Positions 1 to 12,020 of a stretch of DNA of 64,000 bases are shown here, piece after piece. The DNA comes from Ophelia neglecta (lineage: Eukaryota). The notes under the pieces were generated by a model. It was not told the origin of the DNA. It made no database searches and saw nothing but the letters and a program-made list of their open reading frames with translations. The stretch covers positions 42,408,001 through 42,472,000 of the forward strand of contig OZ260666.1 in the NCBI GenBank assembly GCA_965285935.1. Direction: 5' to 3'. How positions within the stretch are numbered: position 1 is the stretch's first letter; each line of letters starts with the position of its first letter. A program made the position numbers and the translations under genes.

Positions 1-875
1 ACAAGTAAAACTCTCAGCAAGATGGTGTGCTAACGCACATCGTGGAATGTATGCCTTAGCCACAACATCATGTCCTAACTCTATATATAACTAGAACTAA
101 TACTATAAACCCATAGGTCCCTATCTGACAGTTTGTAAATATGCCTACGTGAGCCATACTGGTCCCGTATGTACTGGTTCCGTAAGTTGGATAGCAGTCC
201 GGTCGGTAACCTCCATCCTCCTTGCATTCAACAGTCAAATAGACACGTTCAGATGTTTAGATTATGGTATTTCTGCATTATTGGACCAAACATGAACAGG
301 AAAACCTCGAAGCTAAACTGTATACTGCAATGACACCGTTAATTCTTTTATTTATATTTGAAGAACCATTATGTTGTTTAAAATTAAAAACTTTTAAACG
401 CCTGTAGCCACGTTTTCGGACACTTTGTGTTTATGGTCAATATCCTGTCATCTATTTAATTCTTAGCAGTATTATAAACACTGGTGGCGACAGCGAAATT
501 GTTTAACGTTAAGAAGGCCCGCTGGGGTACAACAAATCCAACAAACCATATGACCTCTACCACTTTAATATAGGGATTGCCCCCCCCCCCCAAGGCCTTA
601 ACCACAGTCACCACGGTCAAGAGCGGAAGATATTTGATCTAAAAGCAATTGAAGGTTATTGCTAAATTGGTTGGTATTTTCTCTCTAAAGCCAAATAAAT
701 CGGTAATCAAATAAAATGTATAAACGGTTGTGTATAACGTTTTGAATACTGCAGTTCTTTTAACTTAGAAATTTCTTTAGAAATCTCCCATATTTAGACT
801 GTATATTTGACCAGTAGTTCGGGTGGCAGGGCAATGAATACAGCTTAATGCTATCATTTCATGCTTCACTCTATA

Positions 876-1230
876 CGTAAATAAGAGGAAGTCAAATGCT
901 CTCTCAGATCATTGCCGTAAGTAAGAGGAAGTCACATGCTCACTCAGGCCATTGCCGTAAATAAGAGGAAGTCACCTGCTCACTCAGGCCATTGCCGTAA
1001 ATCAGAGGAAGTCACATGCTCATTCAGACCATTGCCGTAAATCAGAGGAAGTAACATGCTCATTCAGACCATTGCCGTAAATCAGAGGAAGCCACATGCT
1101 CATTAAGGGCATTGCCGTAAATCAGAGGAAGTCACATACTCATTCAGGCCATTGCCGTAAATCAGAGGAAGTCACATGCTCATTCAGGCCATTGCCGTAA
1201 ATCAGAGGTAGTCACATGCTCACACAGACC
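876..1230. repeat. Minisatellite, 40-bp unit (CGTAAATCAGAGGAAGTCACATGCTCATTCAGGCCATTGC), ~9 copies
   Basis: Units start at ~876, 916, 956 ... 1196 with few substitutions and no unique spacers. Confidence 0.95.
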
Positions 1231-2782
1231 GTTAGATATTTATATATATAGTACAGTATCGGCCGTAAGAAAAGAGGCGAGGCCTTAAACTACTTTATCA
1301 ACACTTTCCTCCTGCCTTGGATTTAAGTCATACTAACCAAAAGGCTAAGATCAATTTCGCACAACAATGTTTCAGCATTGCGTATAATATACAGAATTGC
1401 AGTGGGACCAATGTACTACTAAGTCGCCATCTCATTTGTATTGCCTCAATGTACCATTTGTCATTTTGCTCACCGTTTCCCCTTCATGAAACACCTTACC
1501 CTAGTGTTAAGTTGTTTTATCTATCGAACACTATTCATGATTTGATATGCATTTTATGATGTTTTTATTTACTTAGCTTTAAATATGTCATTTAAGTTAA
1601 GGAATCAGTACAGAGAAAGTGAGCTTCACTTTGGCCTCCCTATTAATTAAATGATGCATAGGGTTCGAATTGCTGACCTTTGAGTTGTCACAAATTATTG
1701 TTGCTATAGTTTTTTACGCACTGTCCAGAGATAAAATGCCGGAAAGCGGGCTCCACATTTGGGCAAAAATCCTTCAAATTATTTTCGGCCTTGAAATAAA
1801 CTCGACAGACAGTTTATTAACATAGACCATAGACTGACCTTACGAAATCACAGAAGGCGATTGGGGCATGTTGGGACTATGTTGTGGCCTGTGTTTCCCT
1901 TCGTCCCTTACACACAGGCCAACACATAGGCACAACTAATAACAGTTTCAACTGAAAATATTGAGTGTCCATTACGTATGGTATCTTATGCTTACTTGGT
2001 AAACTTCAAATCACTTGATTTATAAATAGCAATAAATTTGTATATTAAATGTTAACATATTACCATGGAAACAGGTATTCTTTCCAAATTCTGAATAAAA
2101 ACGCATGTTCTACTTTGAGTGTCCAAGGCTAGTGTTTGCCATATTATTTACTTTGCTTTTTCAACTCTTTTTATATTTGAAATTCAACTTTAATGCTGGA
2201 AAAACATCAATAAGGTGAGTGAAATGTATTAGATTTCTCTTTTTGATTTGTCATGATTTTAAGTGCATCTGATGTCAGACTAAATTTTTATAAGGAAAAT
2301 AAAGACAGGCATTTTCTCTATCATTGAGGATACTTTTTTCTGACATACTCAAATTTAATCCAAGGAAAATATTCAAATAAATTTCTTCTTATCGATTAAT
2401 CATGTGGAAATGTGTAACCGTCTTTCATTTGACGTAGTATGTATCATTCTCGGTAGCACGAACACTTAGATTTTACCTCAGATATCATTATTGTTGAAAT
2501 GAAAAGGGGGTTAACATGGAAACGTGCTTAAAGCAAAAACTTGTCACTCAAATCCTTCCACAACTCCCTAAGCATGTTTCTGATATGCTCAGCTTTAAAA
2601 GAGCTGAGATGTGTTAATGTGACAATCATTTCCACTAAACTCAAAAATCTGGGTCTCGTTTCAGCGCCTACAATCCCACGTCAGTCTGAATAAAATAACA
2701 TATGTGTAATTATCGAATTCCGGATGTATTTCGGGTTTCATGAAACACTATAGTGAATTTGCAAGAAGTAACCCCCTGTTAA

Positions 2783-3746
2783 ATGTCCACTCCGTTACCA
2801 AATGGGAGTATAGAACTGTGGAAGGTTTATATGTAGTATGCTGAAATGAAATATAACAGCGAACGAGTCGTGTAGTTGTGACATCCCTGTAAATGTGCAT
2901 TTTTACCTCTTGAAAAGCCAAAAGTTGTCGCCTCATTAGAGTCCACAGCACGAAAAGGTATGATTTTAGTTTTATCTGATTTATAAAATTCATCAGGTAC
3001 CCATTAAACTTTTCCAAACCCAATATTTGTTGGTATGGGGTTAATCCAAATTCTTTGAATTGCTGAATATTTGTTTCAGTGTAAGTAAATGGCACAGATA
3101 TAAGAGTAACGGAGTTGACATGGTAACGGAGTGGACATGTGTGAAAGGCAAATAAATGCCAATATCGCTGTAAATATAAGCACTTTGATTTGATTAAAGC
3201 ATTGCCTTTGCACAAAGTGTCCACTCCGTTACTACCCTGTCAACTGGATACAAGCACAGTCAAAATGGATAGTTGTAAAGTTTATCATGGGAGATTATGT
3301 AATATTTAAAGTAGGCCTAGCCCTTAACTAAAGTCTTTCATATAAACATTGTGTTATTTTGCCATTTGTCCACTCCGTTACCAACAAAAGGTAATGGAGT
3401 GGACAATAACATGTTTATCGCACATGTTTATGGCTGTATTAAAAATTCTAAGGCTACTATCGTTATACGCAAAGTGTTATTTAGTTGAGGTTTTGATGAC
3501 AAATTAAGCAATTTAATTTTCTATCATAAATGTTGTTATGTTCTATTATATAAGAGGGTAACGGAGTGTACATGGTCATCTTACCACTTGAAAAATTGTT
3601 AATCGAAATCTCTGATTTCTTTGCAACCATGAATCATAACAAAGCAATTTTCACCCCGTAGGATGTGCTCTAGTGGAATAATACAATTCTTTTCATTTTA
3701 GTAAAATGTTACTAAAAGAAGAAGGGTTAGGCCTACGGAGTGGACA
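2783..3746. repeat. Cluster of ~8 copies of a 14-15-bp motif (GTCCACTCCGTTACC) in both orientations; probable DNA-transposon subterminal repeats
   Basis: Forward copies at ~2785, 3219 and 3368; reverse copies at ~3106, 3122, 3391, 3558 and 3735. Element ends were not identified. Confidence 0.55.
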
Positions 3747-5330
3747 GAAACACAGTTTTGTCATTCGCAATGTTTTTCATACATCATATTCGCTTCTCTT
3801 TTGTGGTATATAGTCCAGTTTATGGACTTTCGAAAATGTAGTCATCATTGAGTGTAGCTTTAATCGGATTACAGTATGGCCTGTTATCATACCAAAGTTA
3901 TCAAAATGACACTTTGTTAAAATAACACTATGTGATCTTTTCCAAATAATTGAAGTCTTTTGTCGGGGTTGGACCGCTTGATGCATTTATACTTTTCTAT
4001 ACTATTTACCCAAATTTTACTAAAATTTAGACTATACTATTACATTTATTTATTCTTATAGCGCACACTTTCACGGTATTCTTAAAAAAACGTAGCGTAT
4101 ATACATGTTTCATCGGCGAGAGCTTCACACCTTGTATAAGAGGTAAACGCCGAATAAAGTCATCATCCTTGTCAGTGTCGTACCATGGTACTCAGACAGA
4201 ACGTATTATTAAGTGTGAGGGCATCGATCATTTTTAAAGTGAAGTTAAACGTGGCATTTTCCAGAAGTCAAAACCAAAAGGTGTCTGAAACTCGAACCAT
4301 CTTCTTGTCTCGCTCCAGTTCCAAAGGTTCAAATTAAACTAATTCACAGATAATAGATTTGCTGCAGCTATTCTGGATTAACATTGATTATCAAAAAGAT
4401 GTTCATCGACTGAACACATTGCTGTATCCAGTCAATAAGTATAGACTCCTGAGATACAAAGGTTAGAAAAATAGAAAAGTTCACGAATACAAAGGTTGTA
4501 TATTGAACTTTGGTGTTCGTTAGATTTTTACGTTGCAGAACAACACTCTGGGTGGCGGTTTATAGGACAGAGTTCGCTTTTAGCTTAAGGACAACAGCGC
4601 CTTTGATAGGGTCATGGTATAGTCTAAAGGAACCAAAATACTCAAAACAATTCAAAATGAATGGGACAGCAATAAAGAGCTTTAAGAGTGATTTATTAAG
4701 AGTTCATCGCGCCACAGATCTAATTGCTGCCATGTTCTGTTTATAACTCATTTAGAAATTGAAGTAACTATCATGTCCATAGTAAATACTGATTATCGTC
4801 GGGTCATATGCATGTATGGACCCGTTATTATTAATCGCGAGTGCTTTTTCGTAGTTTATTATACAAGGAACTCTTCACAGGCCACTTCTTTCTTATAAAG
4901 TCCTGGTTTGCACGACCATCCTCATAGTAGATCTAACAACTACTAGACCCATTTCATGTTGGCATGCTATGATTTATCCTCAATTGCATGCATTATGATT
5001 TGAAGTGTTAGGTGCAAATCGATGTTAATCGTTGTTAAACAAAGGGATTGGCCTTTGAAGAGATAAAAAGCCTGCTAAATCTTTAATAAAGGTGTGTCCA
5101 GTAGCCCATATATATGCTAGACAGTATCTGTTATCAGGCCTGCATTTTGTCTCAGCGGGTGTCAAGCTGGAAAATATCAAGAGGGTAAGTGTTGACAATT
5201 TCACATCTTTCAAATTAAGATATCTGAAATAAATAGATTATTTTTCAAGCTTTTATTACACAGAATCTCCTATAGTTTTCAAATATTTAATTGTTGTGTG
5301 ATATGCAACATCATTTGTGTAATCCCTATA

Positions 5331-5506
5331 CAGTGAAACCTGCCTTAAAGACCAGCTCTATATTCAGACCACTGCCAATTCAGACCACTAGTATGAAGAC
5401 CATACTGCATACTTTCAATATAAATTAACCTGTCTGAAGAGACCACCTCTATAATCAGACCAGCTTTTCCAGTGCATTTGGTGGTCGTAATTCACAGGTT
5501 TCACTG
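5331..5506. mobile_element. MITE, Tc1/mariner-pogo-like
   Basis: TIR CAGTGAAACCTG...CAGGTTTCACTG, TA on the left flank, internal AGACCAC repeats. Confidence 0.8.
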
Positions 5507-6119
5507 AATGTATCAAGAAAGGCCCAGGTCACTATTCCATTACAAATTTTCCGATCAGGACCTTGATGAGCAGACGACTGGTTTCCATGTTGATTGAATA
5601 ATGACAGGCCTGATTCAGGGAGACGTTTATTTCAAGTAAACTTTATCCTAGATACATATGGCAGGTGCATAAACGTTAAGAATATCTTTTAAATATCAAC
5701 CACCAGTACTGTGTTTAATTAAACTATTAAAATGCGGCGTAGACCAACACGATTATAATTATACCCGAAGAAGTCGGCATTACTGACAAAAGGATGCTTA
5801 GTTGATGTTTATTAATACCTCTCAGAATTGAATGTATGATTTTTTTTTAAACACTGATCGTATTTACCTCGATAGCATTAATAAGCATGGATTTTTTATG
5901 CCCAATATTGTCGGCTTCTTAAAATCTTCGCCTAAATTGTTTACTCCCTCATTTCCTCGGCAAGAAAGCCACGAATGAGGTTTTGATGGAAGCAAGTTAT
6001 ATTTACGTGTTTTCTTTATATTAAATGGAAAACTTATATGTCATGAGAGGACAACATATGGTTTAAAGTAAAATGTTGATAAATTTCCCCTAAGTTGTGT
6101 TTGTACTCGTAGACGCTGT

Positions 6120-6960
6120 ATCAAATAACGGCCGCCATTGCACAGAAGAAAACATCTTTCGAAAGCGAAATCGAAAACATCTTTAAAAAGCAAAATCGGA
6201 ACTTTTAAAGCACAAAATGTACGGTGGGGATGTTTTGAAAAATTCATCGCCAGAGAATTTAGCATTTTAATGGTTAAGCTAGGGGCTGAAGATTCACTAC
6301 GATAGGCCTATTTAGGTGTCCGTCGTGGACCATCCAATACCGTCAACCATTTAAAAGATCGATGCTTGTCTTAAGGGGGAAAAGAAAGATCCACGAAGGA
6401 GTTGATTAATAAGAATACATGCTTAAACTTTCATATAAACTTTCATATATATTAATTCGTAATCGTAACCAGGGCAACTCGACGATCAATGGACGATAAA
6501 AAGATCAAACGGCAATTTGAGCAGTTTTTATCAGACGACATTCGGAACCCTAGATCAAAAGCCCTTGATTTTGACTGATCATTTTGTTTTTGTTTCATTT
6601 TTAGTTTAAAAGTTCTATACAGGCCGGTGAAGTCCAGTACAACAAACGCAACTTTCAGTCTGCCGTTAAAAGCTAATCACGATCATTATTGACTCTTGAA
6701 AGGCTGTGGCGAAGGATTCTAGTTAAGCAGTGACAATCTTATGACACCCATGACATTAAAAATCCCCCGTTGACGATATTGGGATGCGAGAGTACGTTAA
6801 CCGTCATTTCCAACCGGTCACGGCGAAAATTCTCAGCAAAATATTTATACTTTACTAGCACATTCAATTTCACTTTACAATGAATGATCCTTTGTTTTGC
6901 TGTTTGAATACGGATATTTTTTAATTTTGGAACTTACATTGCCGTTTTCAGTGAAATTGG
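6120..6960 (+). repeat. Diverged copy 1 of a ~0.8-kb segment that is also at ~41230-41900
   Basis: Collinear blocks CCGCCATT(G/A)CACAG, GACGATA..GATCAA.CG.CAATTTGAG.AGTTT and GTTGACGATATT.GGA occur in both places. Confidence 0.6.
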
Positions 6961-8329
6961 TCCCCATATACGCTAGGCTATAACTGTATTTGACACCGTA
7001 TATTCTCACCACAATGTAAGAGGGTGTAAGATCGTCCTAATTGTTTGAACAATTACGTTTTTGATTATACCTAGATGAATTAAATGATATCGCAAGTCTG
7101 AAATTAACTGAGTTTAACCCTTTTAGCCCTGGTATATATGTAGAAGATATATATGATCGGGACTTTGCATTCTTAAGACTGTGCGGCATAGACGGGTTTT
7201 AATAAATCTGACACATTCATTGTAATAGAAACATATTGCTAAAGAGATTGTCCTAAGAAGGTGCGGTTTGGACATGTTTGAACACATAATGTAAGCCATC
7301 TAGGATTAACCAAATCTACTTATAAACGAAACTGTGGTAAAGGGATCTCAAAAAAGCTTCTTGACAATGAGTACAAACTACTTGGGGGCCAACTTCTTGT
7401 ATGGGCCTGTTCAAAGGAGTATGTCAGTTTGCCAATCCCCTCAAATTCTCACTAGATAAGAATGACTATACCGAGGTGTTCCAAGGTTATTGGTAAGAAA
7501 AAATGTCAAACCGGTCCATTTGCGGTTTCACGCACTATAAGCATAATTGAGGAGGTATCATATATTTATATATACCTATTTACCCCCATGTGAATGTAGA
7601 AATGGTAAATGACAAATATCTCAAGGACAACAGTCCCAATAATATATATCTCCGGCAAAACACCGATGAGCTTATTACAGCAGTGAAGTTTTAAATTTAA
7701 AAGACCACAGTTCAGATGAATAAATTATAAGAAAATGAGCTTTCGCCTTTAAGAAAGGAAGTACACGTTTTACTTTTTCATGCTCCAAGAAAATACATTT
7801 TAATACTGACCTTGCTGTCAAAGGCTACGAGACCACAAGATATTTTTGAGGCTGACAGTCAATGAACATTTGCATGGGAATAGGCTATCAACGGGTAAAA
7901 TAGTCCTGAAGCAAACTGATGTCAATTTTACCAAGCTTAACACCACTGTTTAATAGTTTGTCGTCAGATGCAGTAATTCTCGATCCACCCTGTCGAAAGC
8001 CTTAAAATGTACGAAAACAAATGTTCCCTGACCGGAATCTAATCGAGATTTGAAAATGGTAGCTAAAACATACGAATGATCCATATTAAAAATCATGGGT
8101 TCATCATGGCAATGGCGTGGGCACAGGCAAATAATTTTGCTGCAGGAGACTACCTTCTGTTGGGTAACGTTAGGCTTTACCGGCGGGGGTTCTGAGTTCT
8201 TTCCTTATGTCATTTTTTCTTCAATTTTTCTTCAATCAGCTGCTTCATATACAGGAAAATAAATCTTTACCTAACTTTTTTTTATTCGTCTACCGACCAA
8301 CGTATATACATTCAAATAAAGAGAATTGA

Positions 8330-8390
8330 TATAAAGCTTATAACATAAAAGGCCTGGCTATTGAAATAAGTTAACATACGCCCCATTCAA
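8330..8390 (+). promoter_or_regulatory. Candidate TATA box and short non-coding exon 1 of gene 1
   Basis: TATAAA at 8330-8335 and donor CAA|GTAAGG at 8391. Called only by analogy with the paralogs. Confidence 0.3.
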
Positions 8391-8563
8391 GTAAGGTTCG
8401 CCTAGGTATAGTTATTATTTTCATTTCACTTTTTCCCTAGTCATAGCTATATTATGTTAATATCATGATGTGAATATCCGTTAGCTGGTCGTGAATATCA
8501 TTAATTACTTTGATACTTTCGTCTGGCGACTTTAAAACCTGTTTATTATTTTTCTAGAACAGA

Positions 8564-8606
8564 ATGAAGACGTTTCTATTCGTGCTTGTTCTAGCGGCCA
8601 TCGTTG
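8564..8606 (+). CDS. Gene 1 signal-peptide exon (MKTFLFVLVLAAIV + G)
   Basis: Acceptor TTTTTCTAG (8557), ATG at 8564, hydrophobic h-region, phase-1 donor G|GTAAGT at 8607. Confidence 0.85.
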
Positions 8607-9512
8607 GTAAGTAGACACTCCTCTTTTATAACCTACCTCTGGATAAAAAGCATAAACAGTTTCTTGCAGATTTGAATTGGACTTTATATTATAAAAGCGA
8701 GTATAGTTTGTTTATATTATGTGCATTAATCAGGGAGGGTAGGGGCAAAAAACGGCAAAGCACTATTTTGCTATTTAGCTGTATTTATTTTTTTCCTCAC
8801 TTGTTTTGAAGAGCTACTCGGCATATTTGATAGAAATATTGAATTTGGCGATTGTTCCTCTTAATCGATTTCATTTAATTATAAATTGGGCCGGAGTGGT
8901 ATAAAAGAAAAAGTCAAAAATTTCATAAATACAGTGAATCATTGCAACAGTTAATGAAAGTACATAAGCTCCTACATCCAAGATGTTTATATGAGTAAGT
9001 CGGTCTATCATTTTAAATTTGGAGATAAAGCAGACAGATAGGTCAAATATAACAACACTTTTAACCTAAGCCGCACTCTTGGGGCATGACCGGACACTAT
9101 GAAAGGGACAAGTACCACTTCAAATACCACCACTTGTCCCCAAGACGGGCAAAACCGGACCCTTCAAAATACATACAAAAGGCAATTGTTCTTTAATCAC
9201 ATACGAATTTGTCCTATTTGGGTCCGCTCTCCCCTACCTTGCTTGAAAATCCCTATACGAGATTATATTTATCAATCACCTCCCCCGCCCTCCCCCCACC
9301 TCATCAAGGGTCGGTCCCTTAATACTATTCTTTAAATTTGTTTCGTCTATATTGACTTTTTATAAAGCCTAAACCGGATACACGTTAAATGTAAAACGGC
9401 TATGACGGCTATTATTATAATTGGCTGTTGAAATCTAAGAAAAAAATTTGGAAAATATATATCTGCATGCTAAAGTGCGAACGGTGCTATTTGTCATGTA
9501 CTTTCATTGCAG

Positions 9513-10024
9513 CACGTATGAATGCTGCTTCAACAGAGGTATTAGGAGGGACAACATTGGGAGCGACATCAGCGGAAGAAACTTCACCGGTAGTGACTTC
9601 GCTGGCAACGACTTCATCGGGAATGACTTCATCGGGAGCTACATCACCGGGAGAGACGTCGATTGGGGAGACGTCACCGGCAGGGACATCACCGGGAATG
9701 ACCTCACCCGGACCTACATCACCGGGAGAGACGTCGATTGGGGAGACGTCACCGGCAGGGACATCACCGGGAGCGACCTCACCAGGAACAACAACACCGG
9801 GAGAGAATACAGCTGGAGGGACATCACCGGGAGATACTTCAATAGGGGCAATTTCACCTGGAGCGACATCACCGGGCGCCACAATATCCGGAGCAACAAC
9901 AGAATCAGAAGCCCAAGGCGGTACAACAGGATGCGAACCACTTTGTGACAATTCATCAAGTGGTTTAACATCGTTTATGCTGTTCAATCTGGTAGCCGCC
10001 ATTGCGGCCTGGATGTTGTTCTAG
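9513..10024 (+). CDS. Gene 1 terminal exon: mucin-like TSPG-repeat ectodomain and GPI-like signal (184-aa precursor)
   Basis: Acceptor CATTGCAG|CA joins in frame (G|CA = Ala) with ORF 9428..10024. It has 15-nt TSPGx repeats and ends CEPLCDNSSSGLTSFMLFNLVAAIAAWMLF*. Confidence 0.88.
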
Positions 10025-10599
10025 ACACACACTCGTCTGCTGTTACTCCTAAAACTTTAGAAAATGTATCAGCTAGTGTATGTTTATGGATTATGCATAT
10101 TATACCTAGACTAAATTTAACTAATCACATCATTAAATGATAGGTTTTTAAACAGAAGTTATTTTTATCATGCCTGACCCTCTTCCACCCCTACGTAAAT
10201 ATTTGATCTCTGCGGATGTACCCAGCGCTAGACTTTAACACTGACCTTTTCACACTGTAATCTCACCCTGTCCTTTTTCGCTTTATATGATTTTTGTAGT
10301 TTCATATGACCATTGTTTGAGTATCACCTCCGTATGTATTAGTATTTTAAGAAATTAAATCCTTTTAGGTTACAATCATCACACTGTCTCAATGCGCGTT
10401 GATATCAAACTAACAAGTCAGGTTTCCATCCCATAAAGAGTCCACGTATCATTTCTTAGCATACTTGCTAATACCTTAATTTGATACGTGGGTTAAGTTT
10501 ATGCAAAGAGTAAGTATCAGGCGATTCCTGCTGTGTTAAGTATATTATTACAGCACAATTATATTTCTAACATCTTGCGCTGTCTAAGGAATATGCCAT

Positions 10600-12020
10600 T
10601 TGTATTGTATTGTGTTGTATTTTCCTTTATTACAGTGACTTGTCTTTGATACAAAATCGGAGTTCATCACACACACAAAAACAAAGAAAACAGTAGACCA
10701 AGCCCTCGGGGCTTATAAGTCACTATTCACACTATTACAGGTATATCAAACCCATCCCTAAGAGAGCAGGCATGTGAAGATAACAATCTGCGTTGATTCG
10801 AGTAGGCAGGACAAACACATAAAAAAATGGGTCTCATCTTCCACTTCATGCAAATTACAAATTTCACACAATCGTTCGTCTACCCCTAAGCCACGAAATC
10901 TTCCAGTTTTAATTTTTAATGGCAGCACCCCAGACCTGAACTGTGCCATGATTGATCTTCAATGCCTAGACATATAGTTAGAGATATAGTGTTCACATTC
11001 AAAGTGCTCTTTAAATTTAATGTATGACCTTAATTTAGGCTTGGACAAAAGACAAACTCTCCAGTTGTCTTCTTGCTCAGCCAGAAGCCTTGGCAAAAGT
11101 GCAGATATATTTATGACAGCTTGGTTTTCATAATTCCCTTCAAGTTTTAACTCATAAAACAAATTAGAAAATATATTATTATCTTGCAAAATATTCCACA
11201 TGAATACTTGCTTGGTCAACCTTGTTTGTGACATATTACGAAAACGGTTCCAAAGTTTACAGCAGGCAATCCTCCTCCTGGAATTTGGTGAGGTCCACCC
11301 CACATCCCCCTGGAAAGCATATAAAGGAATTCGTTTATGGAGCCCCAAAATATACCGAATGGCTCTATTTTGTACAGCATCTGGTTCTGTAAATTTTCCC
11401 GGTCCCCATATTGCAGCAAAATTATCAATGATTGGTATAATACAGGTTTCATACAGTTTTTTAAATGTAAAGTGTCCCATGTCCCTGAGCACCTTAAATT
11501 TTGAAATGATACTCCCTAAAGCCCTACCACCCGCTTCTGCCAAAACCTCTGAACCATATTTAAAATTCAAAAATTCATCAAAGTAGATGCCCAAATATTT
11601 ATACTGCTTGACAATTTCGACTTCTGCGTCGTCATATTTGAAAACATATTTCGTAACCTGGGAACGTTTGGTTCGAAAGTGAACAATCTTAGTTTTATCA
11701 ATATTCAGAAATAATCTCCCTTTGTTACACCACACATTTAGTACGTTTAACATTACTTGTAGGTCTGCTTCTGAATCAGTCACGATATCGTCAGCGTACA
11801 TAATAAGCAAATTTATGTCAATGTTACCGAGCTTTACACCACGATTTAATATTTTAAGGTCAGAAGCAAGATCATTTATGTACATATTAAACATCAATGG
11901 GGATAGTACACCCCCTTGACGAACTCCACTTTTAGTAGCAAACCAGTCCGTGTAATAAGAATTCACCTTGACACAGTTAGAGGAATCATTATACAGAGAT
12001 CGAATAGCTTTATTCATTTG
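10600..12020 (-). mobile_element. 5'-truncated LINE: RT C-terminal half plus Cys/His zinc-finger tail; RTE-X-like (clade tentative)
   Basis: ORF 10959..12017 has GVRQGGVLSP, YADDIV and YKYLGI. The frameshifted continuation 10758..10949 reads RLCEIC...EDETHF..C. The 3' end has AATAAA and an (AATAC)n tail at ~10600-10630. Confidence 0.9.

Noticed and set aside
876-1230. CRISPR-like regular repeats (also 61656-61819)
   Set aside because: Contiguous tandem units without unique spacers, eukaryotic context, and no cas genes.
2748-3224. 158-aa minus-strand ORF
   Set aside because: No recognisable motif; it lies in a repeat-motif region and has a non-ATG start.
7462-7497. ATG...ATTG|GTAAG resembling a family signal exon
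   Set aside because: It encodes MTIPRCSKVI, which is short and not hydrophobic.
9448-10002. Overlapping ORFs 9448..9948 (+), 9487..10002 (-) and 9714..9971 (-)
   Set aside because: Shadow frames of the stop-poor 15-nt repeat. Only the TSPG frame joins the signal exon and has a GPI-like tail.
10597-12020. CATTTG as the TSD of the LINE
   Set aside because: Only 6 bp in AT-rich DNA and overlapping likely RT coding sequence; may be chance or microhomology.
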